From contig OZ024742.1 in the NCBI GenBank assembly GCA_964016885.1, forward strand, positions 186,000,001 to 186,064,000: a DNA stretch of 64,000 nucleotides, written 5' to 3'. Origin of the DNA: Eledone cirrhosa (Eukaryota). This document shows, in pieces, positions 39,601-57,600 of this stretch. The number at the start of each line of letters is the position of its first letter. Positions within the stretch are counted from its first letter, which is position 1. The notes under the pieces were generated by a model. That model was not told where the DNA came from. It worked only from the letters and a program-made list of their open reading frames with translations, and did not search any database. Made by a program: the position numbers and the translations under genes.

Positions 39601-42600
39601 TACCATAGATAACACACCATCTCTCATCTACCCTAGATAACATATGATCTCTGATCTACCTTAGATAACACACCATCTCTCATCTACACTAAATAACACG
39701 CCATTTCCGATCTACATTAGATAACATACCATCTACAATAGATAACATACCATCTCTCATCTAGTACAGATGACACATCATTTGTCATCTACAACAGATA
39801 ACACACCATCTATCATTTATCCTAGATGACACAACATCGCTCATCTACAACTGATAACACACCATCTCTCATCTACAATAGATAACATATCATCTCTCAT
39901 CTACAACAGATAACACATCAGCTCTCACCTACAACAGATAACACCATCTATCATCTACACTAGATAACACACCATCTCTCATCTACAATAGATAACATAC
40001 CATCTCTCATCTACCCTAGATAACACACCATCTCTCATCTACCCTAGATAACACACTGTCTCTCATCTACAGTAGATAACACACCATCTCTCATGTACAA
40101 TAGATAACACACCATCTGTCGTCTACAGTAGATAACACACTATATCTCTTATACAGTGGATAACACACTATCTCTCATCTACCTTGGATAACACGTCATC
40201 TCTGATCTACCATAGATAACACACCATCTCTCATCTACAGTAGATACCACACTATATCACATATGCAGTGGATAACACACAATCTCTCATCTACCCTAGC
40301 TAACACACCATATCTCATCTCTAACTGATAACGTGCCATCTCTCATCTACAGTAGATAACACACCATCTCTCATGTACAATAGATAACACACCATCTGTC
40401 ATCTACAGTAGATAACACACAATATCTCTTATACAGTGGATAACACACTATCTCTCATCTACCCTAGATAAGATGTCATCTCTGATCTACCATAGATAAC
40501 ACACCATCTCTCATCTACAGTAGATACCACACTATATCTCATATGCAGTGGATAACACACAATCTCTCATCTACCCTAGCTAACACACCATCTCTCATCT
40601 CTAACTGATAACGTGCCATCTCTCATCTACAGTAGATAACACACCATCTCTCATCTACAACAGATAAAACATCATCTCTCATCTACAATAGATAACACAC
40701 CTTCTCACCTCTACCCTAGATAACACACCATCTCTCATCTACCCTAGATAACACACCATCTCTCATCTACAGTAGATAACACACCATCTCTCATCTACAA
40801 CAGAAAACACACCATCTCTCATCTACCCTAGATAACACACCATCTCTCATCTATTGTAGATAACACACCATCTCTCATCTACAGTAGATAACACACCATC
40901 TCTAATCTAAAGTAGATAACACACCATCTCTCATCTACAATAGATGACACACCATCTCTCATCTACAAGTGATAACAAACCATCTCTCATCTACAACAGA
41001 TAACACACCATCTCTCATCTACAACAGAAAACACACCATCTATCATCTACAGTAGATAACACACCATCTCTCATCTACAGTAGATAACACACCATCTCTC
41101 ATCTACAGTAGATAACATACCATCTCTCATCTACAACAGATAATACACCATCTCTCATCTACAGTAGATAAAGCACCATCTCTCATCTACCCTAGATAAC
41201 ACACCGTCTCTCATCTACAGTAGATAACACACCATCTCTCATCTACAGTAGATAACATACCATCTCTCATCTACAACAGATAACACACCATCTCTCATCT
41301 ACACTAGATAACACACCATCTCTCATCTACAATGGATGACACACCATCTCTCATCTACAAGAGATAACAAACCATCTCTCATCTACAGCAGATAACACCC
41401 CATCTCTCATCTACCCTAGATAACACACCATCTCTCATCTACAACAGATAACACACCATCTCTCATCTACAGTAGATAACACACCATCTCTCATCTACAA
41501 CAGATGACACACCATCTCTCATCTACAAGAGATAAAAAACCATCTCTCATCTACAGCAGATAACACACCTTCTCTCATCTACCCTAGATAGCACACAATC
41601 TCTCATCTACCACAGATAACACACCTTCTCTCATCTACCCTAGAAAACACACCATCTCTCATCTACAGTAGATAACACACCATCTCTAATCTACACTAGA
41701 TAAGACACCATCTCTCATCTACAATAGATAACACACCATCTCTGTTCTACACTAGATAACACACGATCTCTCCTCTACCACAGATAACACAACATCTCTG
41801 TTCTACAATCGATACCACACCATCTCTCATCTACAACAGATAACACACCATCTATCATCTACAGTTAATAACACACCATCTCTCAACTACAGTAGATGTA
41901 GATAACACACGATCTCTGATCTACAGTATATAACACACCATCTATCATCTACAATAGATAACACACCATCTTTCATCTACAACAGATAACACAACATCTC
42001 TCATGTACAGTAGATAACACACCATCTCTCATCTACAGTAGATAACACACCATCTCTCATCTACCCTAGATAACATATGATCTCTGATCTACCATAGATA
42101 ACACACCATCTCTCATCTACCCTAGATAACATATGATCTCTGATCTACCTTAGATAACACACCATCTCTCATCTACACTAACTAACACGCCATTTCCGAT
42201 CTACATTAGATAACATACCATCTACGATAGATAACATACCATCTCTCATCTAGAACAGATGACACATCATTTGTCATCTACAACAGATAACACACCATCT
42301 ATCATTTAGCCTAGATGACACAACATCGCTCATCTACAACTGATAACACACCATCTCTCATCTACAATAGATAACATATCATCTCTCATCTACAACAGAT
42401 AACACATCAGCTCTCACCTACAACAGATAACACCATCTATCATCTACACTAGATAACACACCATCTCTCATCTACAACTGATAACACGCCATCTCTCATC
42501 TACAATAGATAACATACCATCTCTCATCTACCCTAGATAACACACCATATCTCTTCTACCCTAGATAACACACTGTCTCTCATCTACAGTAGATAACACA

Positions 42601-45600
42601 CCATCTCCCATGTACAATAGATAACACACCATCTGTCATCTACAGTAGATAACACACTATATCTCTTATACAGTGGATAACACACTATCTCTCATCTACG
42701 CTAGATAACACGTCATCTCTGATCTACCATAGATAACACACCATCTCTCATCTACAGTAGATACCACACTATATCTCATATGCAGTGGATAACACACAAT
42801 CTCTCATCTACCCTAGCTAACACACCATCTCTCATCTCTAACTGATAACGTGCCATCTCTCATCTACAGTAGATAACACACCATCTCTCATCTACAACAG
42901 ATAAAACATCATCTCTTATCTACAATAGATAACACACCTTCTCACCTCTACCCTAGATAACACACCATCTCTCATCTACCCTAGATAACACACCATCTCT
43001 CATCTACAGTAGATAAAACACCATCACTGATCTACAGTAGATAACACACCATCTCTCATCTACAACAGAAAACACACCATCTCTCATCTACCCTACATAA
43101 CACACCATCTCTCATCTATTGTAGATAACACACCATCTCTCATCTACAGTAGATAACACACCATCTCTAATCTACAGTAGATAACACACCATCTCTCATC
43201 TACAATAGATGACGCACCATCTCTCATCTACAAGAGATAACAAACCATCTCTCATCTACAACAAATAACACACCATCTCCCATCTACAACAGATAACCAC
43301 CATCTCTCATCTACAGTAGATAACACACCATCTCTCATCTACACTAGATAAGACACCATCTCTCATCTACAATAGATAACACACCATCTCTGTTCTACAA
43401 TAGATAACACACCATCTCTCATCTACAACAGATAATACACCATCTCTCATCTACAGTAGATAACACACCATCTCTCATCTACAATGGATGACACACCATC
43501 TCTCATCTACAAGAGATAACAAACCATCTCTCATCTTCAGCAGATAACAACCCATCTCCCATCTACCCTAGATAACACACCATCTCTCATCTACAACAGA
43601 TAACACACCATCTCTCATCTACAGTAGATAACACACCATCTCTCATCTACAACAGATGACACACCATCTCTCATCTACAAGAGATAAAAAACCATCTCTC
43701 ATCTACAGCAGATAACACACCTTCTCTCATCTACCCTAGATAGCACACAATCTCTCATCTACCACAGATAACACACCTTCTCTCATCTACAGTAGATAAC
43801 ACGCCAAATCTCATCTGCAACAGATAACACACCATCTCTCATCTACAGAAGATAACATACCATCTCTCATCTACAATAGATAACACACGATCTCTCAACT
43901 ACACGTGATAACACACCATCTCTCATCTACAATAGATAACACACCAGATCTTATCTTCAATAGATGACACACCATCTCTAATCTACCCTAGATAACATGC
44001 CATCTCACATCTACATTAGATAACACACCATCTCTCATCTACAACAGATAACACACCATCTCTAATCTACAATATGTAACACACCATCTCTCATCTACAG
44101 TAGATAACACACCATCTCTCATCTACCCTAGATAACACACCATCTCTCATCTACCCTAGATAACACACCATCTCTCATCTATAGTAGATAACACACCATC
44201 ACTGATCTACAGTAGATAACACACCATCTCTCATCTACAACAGATAATACACCATCTCTCATCTACCCTACATAACACACCATCTCTCATCTATAGTAGA
44301 TAACACACCATCTCTCATCTACAGTAGATAACACACCATCTCTCATCTACAGTAGATAACACACCATCTCTAATCTACAGTAGATAACACACCATCTCTC
44401 ATCTACAAATAGATAACTCACCATATATCATCTACAAGAGATAACAAACCATCTATCATCTACAACAGATAACACACCATCACTCATCTACAATAGATAC
44501 CACACTATCTCTCATCCACACTAGATAAAACCCTATCTATCATCTACAGTAGATAAACAACCATCTCTCATCTACAACGGATAACAAAACAGCTCTCATC
44601 TACACCAGATAACACACCCTCTCTTGTCAACAACAAATGTCACAACATCTCTCATCTACACCAGATAATATACCATCTCTCGTCTACAATAGATAACACA
44701 CCTTGTCTGTTCTACAGTAGATAACATACAATCTCAATCTACAACAGATAACACACCATCTCTCCTCTACAACAGAGAACATACCATCTCTCATCTACAC
44801 TAAATAACGCACCATCTCTAATTTAGAATAGATAACACACCAACAATCATCTACAATGGATAACTTACCAACTCTCATCTACACTAGTTAACACACCATC
44901 TCTCATCTACAGTAGATAACACGCCAAATCTCATCTGCAACAGATAACACACCATCTCTCATCTACAGAAGATAACATACCATCTCTCATCTACAATAGA
45001 TAACACACGATCTCTCATCTACACTAAATAACACACCATCTCTCATCTACAATAGATAACACACCAGATCGTATCTTCAATAGATGACACACCATCTCTC
45101 ATCTACCCTAGATAACACGCCATCTCACATCTACAACAGATAACACACCATTTCTCATCTACAATATGTAACACACCATCTCTCATCTACAGTAGATAAC
45201 ACACCATCTCTCATCTACCCTAGATAACACACCATCTCTCATCTACCCTAGATAACACACCATCTCTCATCTACAGTAGATAACACACCATCACTGATCT
45301 ACAGTAGATAACACACCATCTCTCATCTACCCTAGATAACACACCATCTCTCATCTACCCTAGATAACACACCATCTCTCATCTATAGTAGATAACACAC
45401 CATCTCTCATCTACAGTAGATAACACAGCATCTCTCATCTACAGTAGATAACACACCATCCCTAATCTACAGTAGATAACACACCATCTCTCATCTACAA
45501 TAGATGACACACCATCTCTCATCTACAACAGATGACAAACCATCTCTCATCTACAACAGATAACACACCATCTCTCATCTACAACAGATAACCACCATCT

Positions 45601-48600
45601 CTCATCTACAGTAGATAACACACCATCTCTCATCTACACTAGATAAGACATCATCTCTCATCTACAATAGATAACACAGCATCTCTGTTCTACACTAGAT
45701 AACACCACAATCTCTCCTCTACCACAGATATCACACCATCTCTGTTCTACAATAGATAACATACCAGCTCTCATCTACACTAGATAACGCACCATCTCTC
45801 ATTTAGAATAGATAACTCACCAACACTCATCTACAATGGATAACATACAAACTCTCATCTACACTAATTAACAGACCAGCTCTCATCTACAGTAGATAAC
45901 ACGCCAAATCTCATCTGCAACAGATAACACACCATCTCTCATCTACAGAAGATAACATACCATCTCTCATCTACAATAGATAACACACGATCTCTCATCT
46001 ACACTAGATAACACACCATCTCTCATCTACAATAGATAAGACACCATCTCTCTTCTACAGTAGATGACACACCATCTCACATCTACAGCAGATAACACAC
46101 CATCTCTCATCTACAGTAGATAACACACCATCTCTCATCTACAATGGATGACACACCATCTCTCATCTACAAGAGATAACAAACCATCTCTAATCTACAA
46201 CAGATAACACACCATCTCTCATCTACAGTAGATAACACACCATCTCTCATCTACAACAGATGACACACCATCTCTCATCTACAAGAGATAAAAAACCATC
46301 TCTCATCTACAGCAGATAACACACCTTCTCTCATCTACCCTAGATAGCACACAATCTCTCATCTACCACAGATAACACACCTTCTCTCATCTACAGTAGA
46401 TAACACGCCAAATCTCATCTGCAACAGATAACACACCATCTCTCATCTACAGAAGATAACATACCATCTCTCATCTACAATAGATAACACACGATCTCTC
46501 AACTACACGTGATAACACACCATCTCTCATCTACAATAGATAACACACCAGATCTTATCTTCAATAGATGACACACCATCTCTAATCTACCCTAGATAAC
46601 ATGCCATCTCACATCTACATTAGATAACACACCATCTCTCATCTACAACAGATAACACACCATCTCTAATCTACAATATGTAACACACCATCTCTCATCT
46701 ACAGTAGATAACACACCATCTCTCATCTACCCTAGATAACACACCATCTCTCATCTACCCTAGATAACACACCATCTCTCATCTATAGTAGATAACACAC
46801 CATCACTGATCTACAGTAGATAACACAACATCTCTCATCTACAACAGATAATACACCATCTCTCATCTACCCTACATAACACACCATCTCTCATCTATAG
46901 TAGATAACACACCATCTCTCATCTACAGTAGATAACACACCATCTCTCATCTACAGTAGATAACACACCATCTCTAATCTACAGTAGATAACACACCATC
47001 TCTCATCTACAAATAGATAACTCACCATATATCATCTACAAGAGATAACAAACCATCTATCATCTACAACAGATAACACACCATCACTCATCTACAATAG
47101 ATACCACACTATCTCTCATCTACCCTAGATAACACACCATCTCTAATCTACAACAGATGACACACCATCTCTCATCTACAAGAAATAAAAAACCATCTCT
47201 CATCTACAGCAGATAACACACCATCTCTCATCTACCCTAGATAGCACACCATCTCTCATCTACCACAGATAACACACCTTCTCTCATCTACCCTAGATAA
47301 CACACCATCTCTCATCTACCCTAGATAACACACCATCTCTCATCTACAGTAGATAACAAACCATCTCTCATCAACACTAGATAAGACACCATCTCTCATC
47401 TACAGTAGATAACACACCATCTCTCATCTACGCTAGATAAGACACCATATCACATATACAACCGATACCACACCATCTCTCATCTACAACAGATAACACA
47501 CCATCTATCATCTACAGTAGATAACACACCATCTCTCATCTACAGTAGATAACACACCATCTCTCATCTACAACAGATAACACACCAACACTAATCTACC
47601 CTAGATAACACACCATCTCTCATACACAGTAGATAACACACCAGATCTTATCTTCAATAGATGACACACCATCTGTCATCTACAGTAGATAACACACCAC
47701 ATCTCATCTACAATGGACAACACACCATCTCTCATCTACAACAGATAACAAACCATCTCTCATCTACAGTAGATAAAGCACCATCTCTCATCTACCCTAG
47801 ATAACACACGATCTCTCATCTACAGTAGATAACACACCATCTCTCATCTACAGTAGATAACACACCATCTCTCATCTACAACAGATAACACACCATCTCT
47901 CATCTACAGTAGATAACACACCATCTCTCATCTACAATGGATGACACACCATCTCTCATCTACAAGAGATAACAAACCATCTCTCATCTACAGCAGATAA
48001 CACACCATCTCTCATCTACCCTAGATAACACACCATCTCTCATCTACAACAGATAACACACCATCTCTCATCTACAGTAGATATCACACCATCTCTCATC
48101 TACAACAGATGACACATCATCTCTCATCTACAAGAGATAAAAAACCATCTCTCATCTACAGCAGATAACACACCATCTCTCATGTACCCTAGATAGCACA
48201 CCATCTCTCATCTACCACAGATAACACACGTTCTCTCATCTACCCTAGATAACACACCATCTCTCATCTACAACAGATAACACACCATCTATCATCTACA
48301 GTAAATAACACACCATCTCTCAACTACAGTAGATGTAGATAACACACAATCTCTGATCTACAGTATATAACACACCATCTATCATCTACAATAGATAACA
48401 CACCATCTTTCATCTACAACAGATAACACAACATCTGTCATCTACAGTAGATAACACACCATCTCTCATCTACAGTAGATAACACACCATCTCTCATCTA
48501 CCCTAGATAACATATGATCTCTGATCTACCATAGATAACACACCATCTCTCATCTACCCTAGATAACATATGATCTCTGATCTACCTTAGATAACACACC

Positions 48601-51600
48601 ATCTCTCATCTACACTAAATAACACGCCATTTCCGATCTACATTAGATAACATACCATCTACAATAGATAACATACCATCTCTCATCTAGTACAGATGAC
48701 ACATCATTTGTCATCTACAACAGATAACACACCATCTATCATTTATCCTAGATGACACAACATCGCTCATCTACAACTGATAACACACCATCTCTCATCT
48801 ACAATAGATAACATATCATCTCTCATCTACAACAGATAACACATCAGCTCTCACCTACAACAGATAACACCATCTATCATCTACACTAGATAACACACCA
48901 TCTCTCATCTACAATAGATAACATACCATCTCTCATCTACCCTAGATAACACACCATCTCTCATCTACCCTAGATAACACACTGTCTCTCATCTACAGTA
49001 GATAACACACCATCTCTCATGTACAATAGATAACACACCATCTGTCGTCTACAGTAGATAACACTATATCTCTTATACAGTGGATAACACACTATCTCTC
49101 ATCTACCTTGGATAACACGTCATCTCTGATCTACCATAGATAACACACCATCTCTCATCTACAGTAGATACCACACTATATCACATATGCAGTGGATAAC
49201 ACACAATCTCTCATCTACCCTAGCTAACACACCATATCTCATCTCTAACTGATAACGTGCCATCTCTCATCTACAGTAGATAACACACCATCTCTCATGT
49301 ACAATAGATAACACACCATCTGTCATCTACAGTAGATAACACACAATATCTCTTATACAGTGGATAACACACTATCTCTCATCTACCCTAGATAAGATGT
49401 CATCTCTGATCTACCATAGATAACACACCATCTCTCATCTACAGTAGATACCACACTATATCTCATATGCAGTGGATAACACACAATCTCTCATCTACCC
49501 TAGCTAACACACCATCTCTCATCTCTAACTGATAACGTGCCATCTCTCATCTACAGTAGATAACACACCATCTCTCATCTACAACAGATAAAACATCATC
49601 TCTCATCTACAATAGATAACACACCTTCTCACCTCTACCCTAGATAACACACCATCTCTCATCTACCCTAGATAACACACCATCTCTCATCTACAGTAGA
49701 TAACACACCATCTCTCATCTACAACAGAAAACACACCATCTCTCATCTACCCTAGATAACACACCATCTCTCATCTATTGTAGATAACACACCATCTCTC
49801 ATCTACAGTAGATAACACACCATCTCTAATCTAAAGTAGATAACACACCATCTCTCATCTACAATAGATGACACACCATCTCTCATCTACAAGTGATAAC
49901 AAACCATCTCTCATCTACAACAGATAACACACCATCTCTCATCTACAACAGAAAACACACCATCTATCATCTACAGTAGATAACACACCATCTCTCATCT
50001 ACAGTAGATAACACACCATCTCTCATCTACAGTAGATAACATACCATCTCTCATCTACAACAGATAATACACCATCTCTCATCTACAGTAGATAAAGCAC
50101 CATCTCTCATCTACCCTAGATAACACACCGTCTCTCATCTACAGTAGATAACACACCATCTCTCATCTACAGTAGATAACATACCATCTCTCATCTACAA
50201 CAGATAACACACCATCTCTCATCTACACTAGATAACACACCATCTCTCATCTACAATGGATGACACACCATCTCTCATCTACAAGAGATAACAAACCATC
50301 TCTCATCTACAGCAGATAACACCCCATCTCTCATCTACCCTAGATAACACACCATCTCTCATCTACAACAGATAACACACCATCTCTCATCTACAGTAGA
50401 TAACACACCATCTCTCATCTACAACAGATGACACACCATCTCTCATCTACAAGAGATAAAAAACCATCTCTCATCTACAGCAGATAACACACCTTCTCTC
50501 ATCTACCCTAGATAGCACACAATCTCTCATCTACCACAGATAACACACCTTCTCTCATCTACCCTAGATAACACACCATCTCTCATCTACAGTAGATAAC
50601 ACACCATCTCTAATCTACACTAGATAAGACACCATCTCTCATCTACAATAGATAACACACCATCTCTGTTCTACACTAGATAACACACGATCTCTCCTCT
50701 ACCACAGATAACACAACATCTCTGTTCTACAATCGATACCACACCATCTCTCATCTACAACAGATAACACACCATCTATCATCTACAGTTAATAACACAC
50801 CATCTCTCAACTACAGTAGATGTAGATAACACACGATCTCTGATCTACAGTATATAACACACCATCTATCATCTACAATAGATAACACACCATCTTTCAT
50901 CTACAACAGATAACACAACATCTCTCATGTACAGTAGATAACACACCATCTCTCATCTACAGTAGATAACACACCATCTCTCATCTACCCTAGATAACAT
51001 ATGATCTCTGATCTACCATAGATAACACACCATCTCTCATCTACCCTAGATAACATATGATCTCTGATCTACCTTAGATAACACACCATCTCTCATCTAC
51101 ACTAACTAACACGCCATTTCCGATCTACATTAGATAACATACCATCTACGATAGATAACATACCATCTCTCATCTAGAACAGATGACACATCATTTGTCA
51201 TCTACAACAGATAACACACCATCTATCATTTAGCCTAGATGACACAACATCGCTCATCTACAACTGATAACACACCATCTCTCATCTACAATAGATAACA
51301 TATCATCTCTCATCTACAACAGATAACACATCAGCTCTCACCTACAACAGATAACACCATCTATCATCTACACTAGATAACACACCATCTCTCATCTACA
51401 ACTGATAACACGCCATCTCTCATCTACAATAGATAACATACCATCTCTCATCTAGCCTAGATAACACACCATATCTCTTCTACCCTAGATAACACACTGT
51501 CTCTCATCTACAGTAGATAACACACCATCTCCCATGTACAATAGATAACACACCATCTGTCATCTACAGTAGATAACACACTATATCTCTTATACAGTGG

Positions 51601-54600
51601 ATAACACACTATCTCTCATCTACGCTAGATAACACGTCATCTCTGATCTACCATAGATAACACACCATCTCTCATCTACAGTAGATACCACACTATATCT
51701 CATATGCAGTGGATAACACACAATCTCTCATCTACCCTAGCTAACACACCATCTCTCATCTCTAACTGATAACGTGCCATCTCTCATCTACAGTAGATAA
51801 CACACCATCTCTCATCTACAACAGATAAAACATCATCTCTTATCTACAATAGATAACACACCTTCTCACCTCTACCCTAGATAACACACCATCTCTCATC
51901 TACCCTAGATAACACACCATCTCTCATCTACAGTAGATAAAACACCATCACTGATCTACAGTAGATAACACACCATCTCTCATCTACAACAGAAAACACA
52001 CCATCTCTCATCTACCCTACATAACACACCATCTCTCATCTATTGTAGATAACACACCATCTCTCATCTACAGTAGATAACACACCATCTCTAATCTACA
52101 GTAGATAACACACCATCTCTCATCTACAATAGATGACGCACCATCTCTCATCTACAAAAGATAACAACCCATCTCTCATCTACAACAAATAACACACCAT
52201 CTCCCATCTACAACAGATAACCACCATCTCTCATCTACAGTAGATAACACACCATCTCTCATCTACACTAGATAAGACACCATCTCTCATCTACAATAGA
52301 TAACACACCATCTCTGTTCTACAATAGATAACACACCATCTCTCATCTACAACAGATAATACACCATCTCTCATCTACAGTAGATAACACACCATCTCTC
52401 ATCTACAATGGATGACACACCATCTCTCATCTACAAGAGATAACAAACCATCTCTCATCTTCAGCAGATAACAACCCATCTCTCATCTACCCTAGATAAC
52501 ACACCATCTCTCATCTACAACAGATAACACACCATCTCTCATCTACAGTAGATAACACACCATCTCTCATCTACAACAGATGACACACCATCTCTCATCT
52601 ACAAGAGATAAAAAATCATCTCTCATCTACAGCAGATAACACACCATCTCTCATCTACTCTAGATAGCACACAATCTCTCATCTACCACAGATAACACAC
52701 CTTCTCTCATCTACCCTAGATAACACACCATCTCTCACCTACAGTAGATAACACACCATCTCTAATCTACACTAGATAAGACACCATGTCTCATCTACAA
52801 TAGATAACACACCATCTCTGTTCTACACTAGATAACACACGATCTCTCCTCTACCACAGATAACACAACATCTCTGTTCTACAATCGATACCACACCATC
52901 TCTCATCTACAACAGATAACACACCATCTATCATCTACAGTTAATAACACACCATCTCTCAACTACAGTAGATGTAGATAACACACGATCTCTGATCTAC
53001 AGTATATAACACACCATCTATCATCTACAATAGATAACACACCATCTTTCATCTACAACAGATAACACAACATCTCTCATGTACAGTAGATAACACACCA
53101 TCTCTCATCTACAGTAGATAACACACCATCTCTCATCTACCCTAGATAACATGATCTCTGATCTACCATAGATAACACACCATCTCTCATCTACCCTAGA
53201 TAACATATGATCTCTGATCTACCTTAGATAACACACCATCTCTCATCTACACTAACTAACACGCCATTTCCGATCTACATTAGATAACATACCATCTACG
53301 ATAGATAACATACCATCTCTCATCTAGAACAGATGACACATCATTTGTCATCTACAACAGATAACACACCATCTATCATTTAGCCTAGATGACACAACAT
53401 CGCTCATCTACAACTGATAACACACCATCTCTCATCTACAATAGATAACATATCATCTCTCATCTACAACAGATAACACATCAGCTCTCACCTACAACAG
53501 ATAACACCATCTATCATCTACACTAGATAACACACCATCTCTCATCTACAACTGATAACACGCCATCTCTCATCTACAATAGATAACATACCATCTCTCA
53601 TCTACCCTAGATAACACACCATATCTCTTCTACCCTAGATAACACACTGTCTCTCATCTACAGTAGATAACACACCATCTCTCATGTACAATAGATAACA
53701 CACCATCTGTCGTCTACAGTAGATAAAACACTATATCTCTTATACAGTGGATAACACACTATCTCTCATCTACGCTAGATAACACGTCATCTCTGATCTA
53801 CCATAGATAACACACCATCTCTCATCTACAGTAGATACCACACTATATCTCATATGCAGTGGATAACACACAATCTCTCATCTACCCTAGCTAACACACC
53901 TTCTCTCATCTCTAACTGATAACGTGCCATCTCTCATCTACAGTAGATAACACACCATCTCTCATCTACAACAGATAAAACATCATCTCTTATCTACAAT
54001 AGATAACACACCTTCTCACCTCTACCCTAGATAACACACCATCTCTCATCTACAACAGAAAACACACCATCTCTCATCTACCCTACATAACACACCATCT
54101 CTCATCTATTGTAGATAACACACCATCTCTCATCTACAGTAGATAACACACCATCTCTAATCTACAGTAGATAACACACCATCTCTCATCTACAATGGAT
54201 GAGGCACCATCTCTCATCTACAAGAGATAACAAACCATCTCTCATCTACAACAGATAATACAGCATCTCTCATCTACAACAGATAATACACCATCTCTCA
54301 TCTACAGTAGATAACACACCATCTCTCATCTACAATGGATGACACACCATCTCTCATCTACAAGAGATAACAAACCATCTCTCATCTACAGCAGATAACA
54401 ACCCATCTCTCATCTATGCTAGATAACACACCATCTCTCATCTACAACAGATAACACACCATCTCTCATCTACACTAGATAACACACCATCTCTCATCTA
54501 CAACAGATGACACACCATCTCTCATCTACAAGAGATAAAAAACCATCTCTCATCTACAGCAGATAACACACCATCTCTCATCTACCCTAGATAGCACACA

Positions 54601-57600
54601 ATCTCTCATCTACCACAGATAACACACCTTCTCTCATCTACCCTAGATAACACACCATCTCTCATCTACAGTAGATAACACACCATCTCTCGTCTACACT
54701 AGATAAGACACCATCTCTCATCTACAATAGATAACACACCATCTCTGTTCTACACTAGATAACACACGATCTCTCCTCTACCACAGATAACACAACATCT
54801 CTGTTCTACAATAGATAACATATCATCGCTCATCTACAGTAGATAACACACCATCTCTCATCTACGCTAGATAGGACACCATATCACATATACAACCGAT
54901 ACCACACCATCTCTCATCTACAACAGATAACACACCATCTATCATTTACAGTAAATAACACACCATCTCTCAACTGCAGTAGATGTAGATAACACACCAT
55001 CTCTGATCTACAGTAGATGACACACCATCTATCATCTACAATAGATAACACACCATCTTTCATCTACAACAGATAACACACCATCTCTCATCTACAGTAG
55101 ATAACACACCATCTCTCATCTACAGTAGATAACACACCATCTCTCATCTACCCTAGATAACATATGATCTCTATTCTACCATAGATAACACACCATCTCT
55201 CATCTACCCTAGATAACATATGATCTCTGATCTACCTTAGATATCACACCATGTCTCATCTACACTAAATAACATGCCATCTCTGATCTACATTAGATAA
55301 CATAACATCTACAATAGATAACATACCATTTCTTATCTAGAACAGATGACACATCATTTGTCATCTACAACAGATAACACACCATCTATCATTTACCCTA
55401 GATGACACAACATCGCTCATCTACAACTGATAACACACCATCTCTCATCTGCAATAGATAACATATTATCTCTCATCTACAACAGATAACACATCAGCTC
55501 TCACCTACAACAGATAACACCATCTATCATCTACACTAGATAACACACCATCTCTCATCTACAACTGATAACACGCCATCTCTCATCTACAATAGATAGC
55601 ATACCATCTCTCATCTACCCTAGATAACACACCATCTCTCTTCTACCCTAGATAACACACTGTCTCTCATCTACAGTAGATAACACACCATCTCTCATGT
55701 ACAATAGATAACACACAATCTGTCGTCTACAGTAGATAACACACTATATCTCTTATACAGTGGATAACACACTATCTCTCATCTACCCTAGATAACACGT
55801 CATCTCTGATCTACCATAGATTATACACCATCTCTCATCTACAGTAGATACCACACTATATCTCATATGCAGTGGATAACACACAATCTCCCATCTACCC
55901 TAGCTAACACACCATCTCTCATCTCTAACTGATAACATGCCATCTCTCATCTACAGTAGATAACACACCATCTCTCATCTACAATAGATAAAATGTCATC
56001 TCTCACTCACACTAGATAACACACCACCTCTCATCTACAGTAGATAACACACCATCTCTCATGTACAGTAGATAAAACACCATCTCTAATCGACAGTAAA
56101 TAACACACCATCTCTTATTTACAGTAGATAACATACCATCTCTCATCTACAACAGATAACACTTCATCTCTCATCTACAACAGATAACACACCGTCTGTT
56201 ACTTACACTAGATAACACACCATCTCTCATCTATCATAGATAACATACCATCTGTCATCTACAGTAGATAACATACCACGTCTCATCTACAATAGACAAC
56301 ACACCATCGCTCATCTAGAAGAGATAACACACCATCTCTCATCTACCCTAGATAACACACCACCTCTCATCTACAATAGACAACACACCATCTCTCATCT
56401 ACAACAGATAACACGCCATCTCACATCTACATTAGATAACACAACATCTCTCAACTACAACAGATAACACACCATCTCTCATCTACAATATGTAACACAC
56501 CATCTCTCATCTACAGCAGATAACACACTATCTCTCATCTACAACAGATAACACAGCATCTCTCATCTACAGTAGATAACACACCATCTCTCATCTACAG
56601 TAGATAACACACCATCTCTCATCTACAACAGATAACACACCATCTCTCATCTACAGTAGATAACACACCATCTCTAATCTACAATGGATAACATACCAGC
56701 TCTCATCTACACTAGGTAACAAACCAGCTCTTATCTAGTGTGGATAACACATCATCAGTCATCTGCAACAGATGACACACAATTTCTCATCTACAGTAGA
56801 TGACATGGCATCTCTCATCTACAATAGATAACACACCATCTCTGTTCTGCACTAGATAACACACCATCTCTCCTCTACCACAGATAACACACCATCTCTC
56901 ATCTACAATAGATAACATACCATCTCACATCTACGCTAGATAAGACACCATATCACATATATAACCGATACCACACCATCTCTCATCTACAGTAAATAAC
57001 ACACAATCTCTCATTTACAGTAGATAAACTACCATGTCTCATTTACAACAGATAACATACCATCTCTCATCTAATATAGATAACATAAGATGTCTTATCT
57101 ACAGCAGATAACACACCTTCTCTTATCTACAACACATAACACAACATCTCTCTTCTACACCAGATAACACACCATCTCTCATCTACCCTAGATAACATAC
57201 CCTGTCTGTTCTACATTAGATAACGTACAATCTCAACCTATAATAGATAACACACCATCTCTCATCTACAACAGATAAAAAAACCATCTCTCATCTACAA
57301 TAGATAACACACCAACACTCATCTACAATGGATAACGTACCAACTCTCATCTACACGAGTTAACACACCATCTCTCATCTACAGTGAATAACACACCATC
57401 TCTCATCTAGAACAGATAACACATCATCTCTCATCTACAACAAATAACACAACGTCTCTCACTTACACTAGATAACACACCATCTCTCATCTATCATAGA
57501 TAACATACCACCTCTCATCTGCAATAAACAACATACCATATCTCATCTACAACAGATAACTGGCCATCTCACATCTACATTAGATAACACACCATCTATC

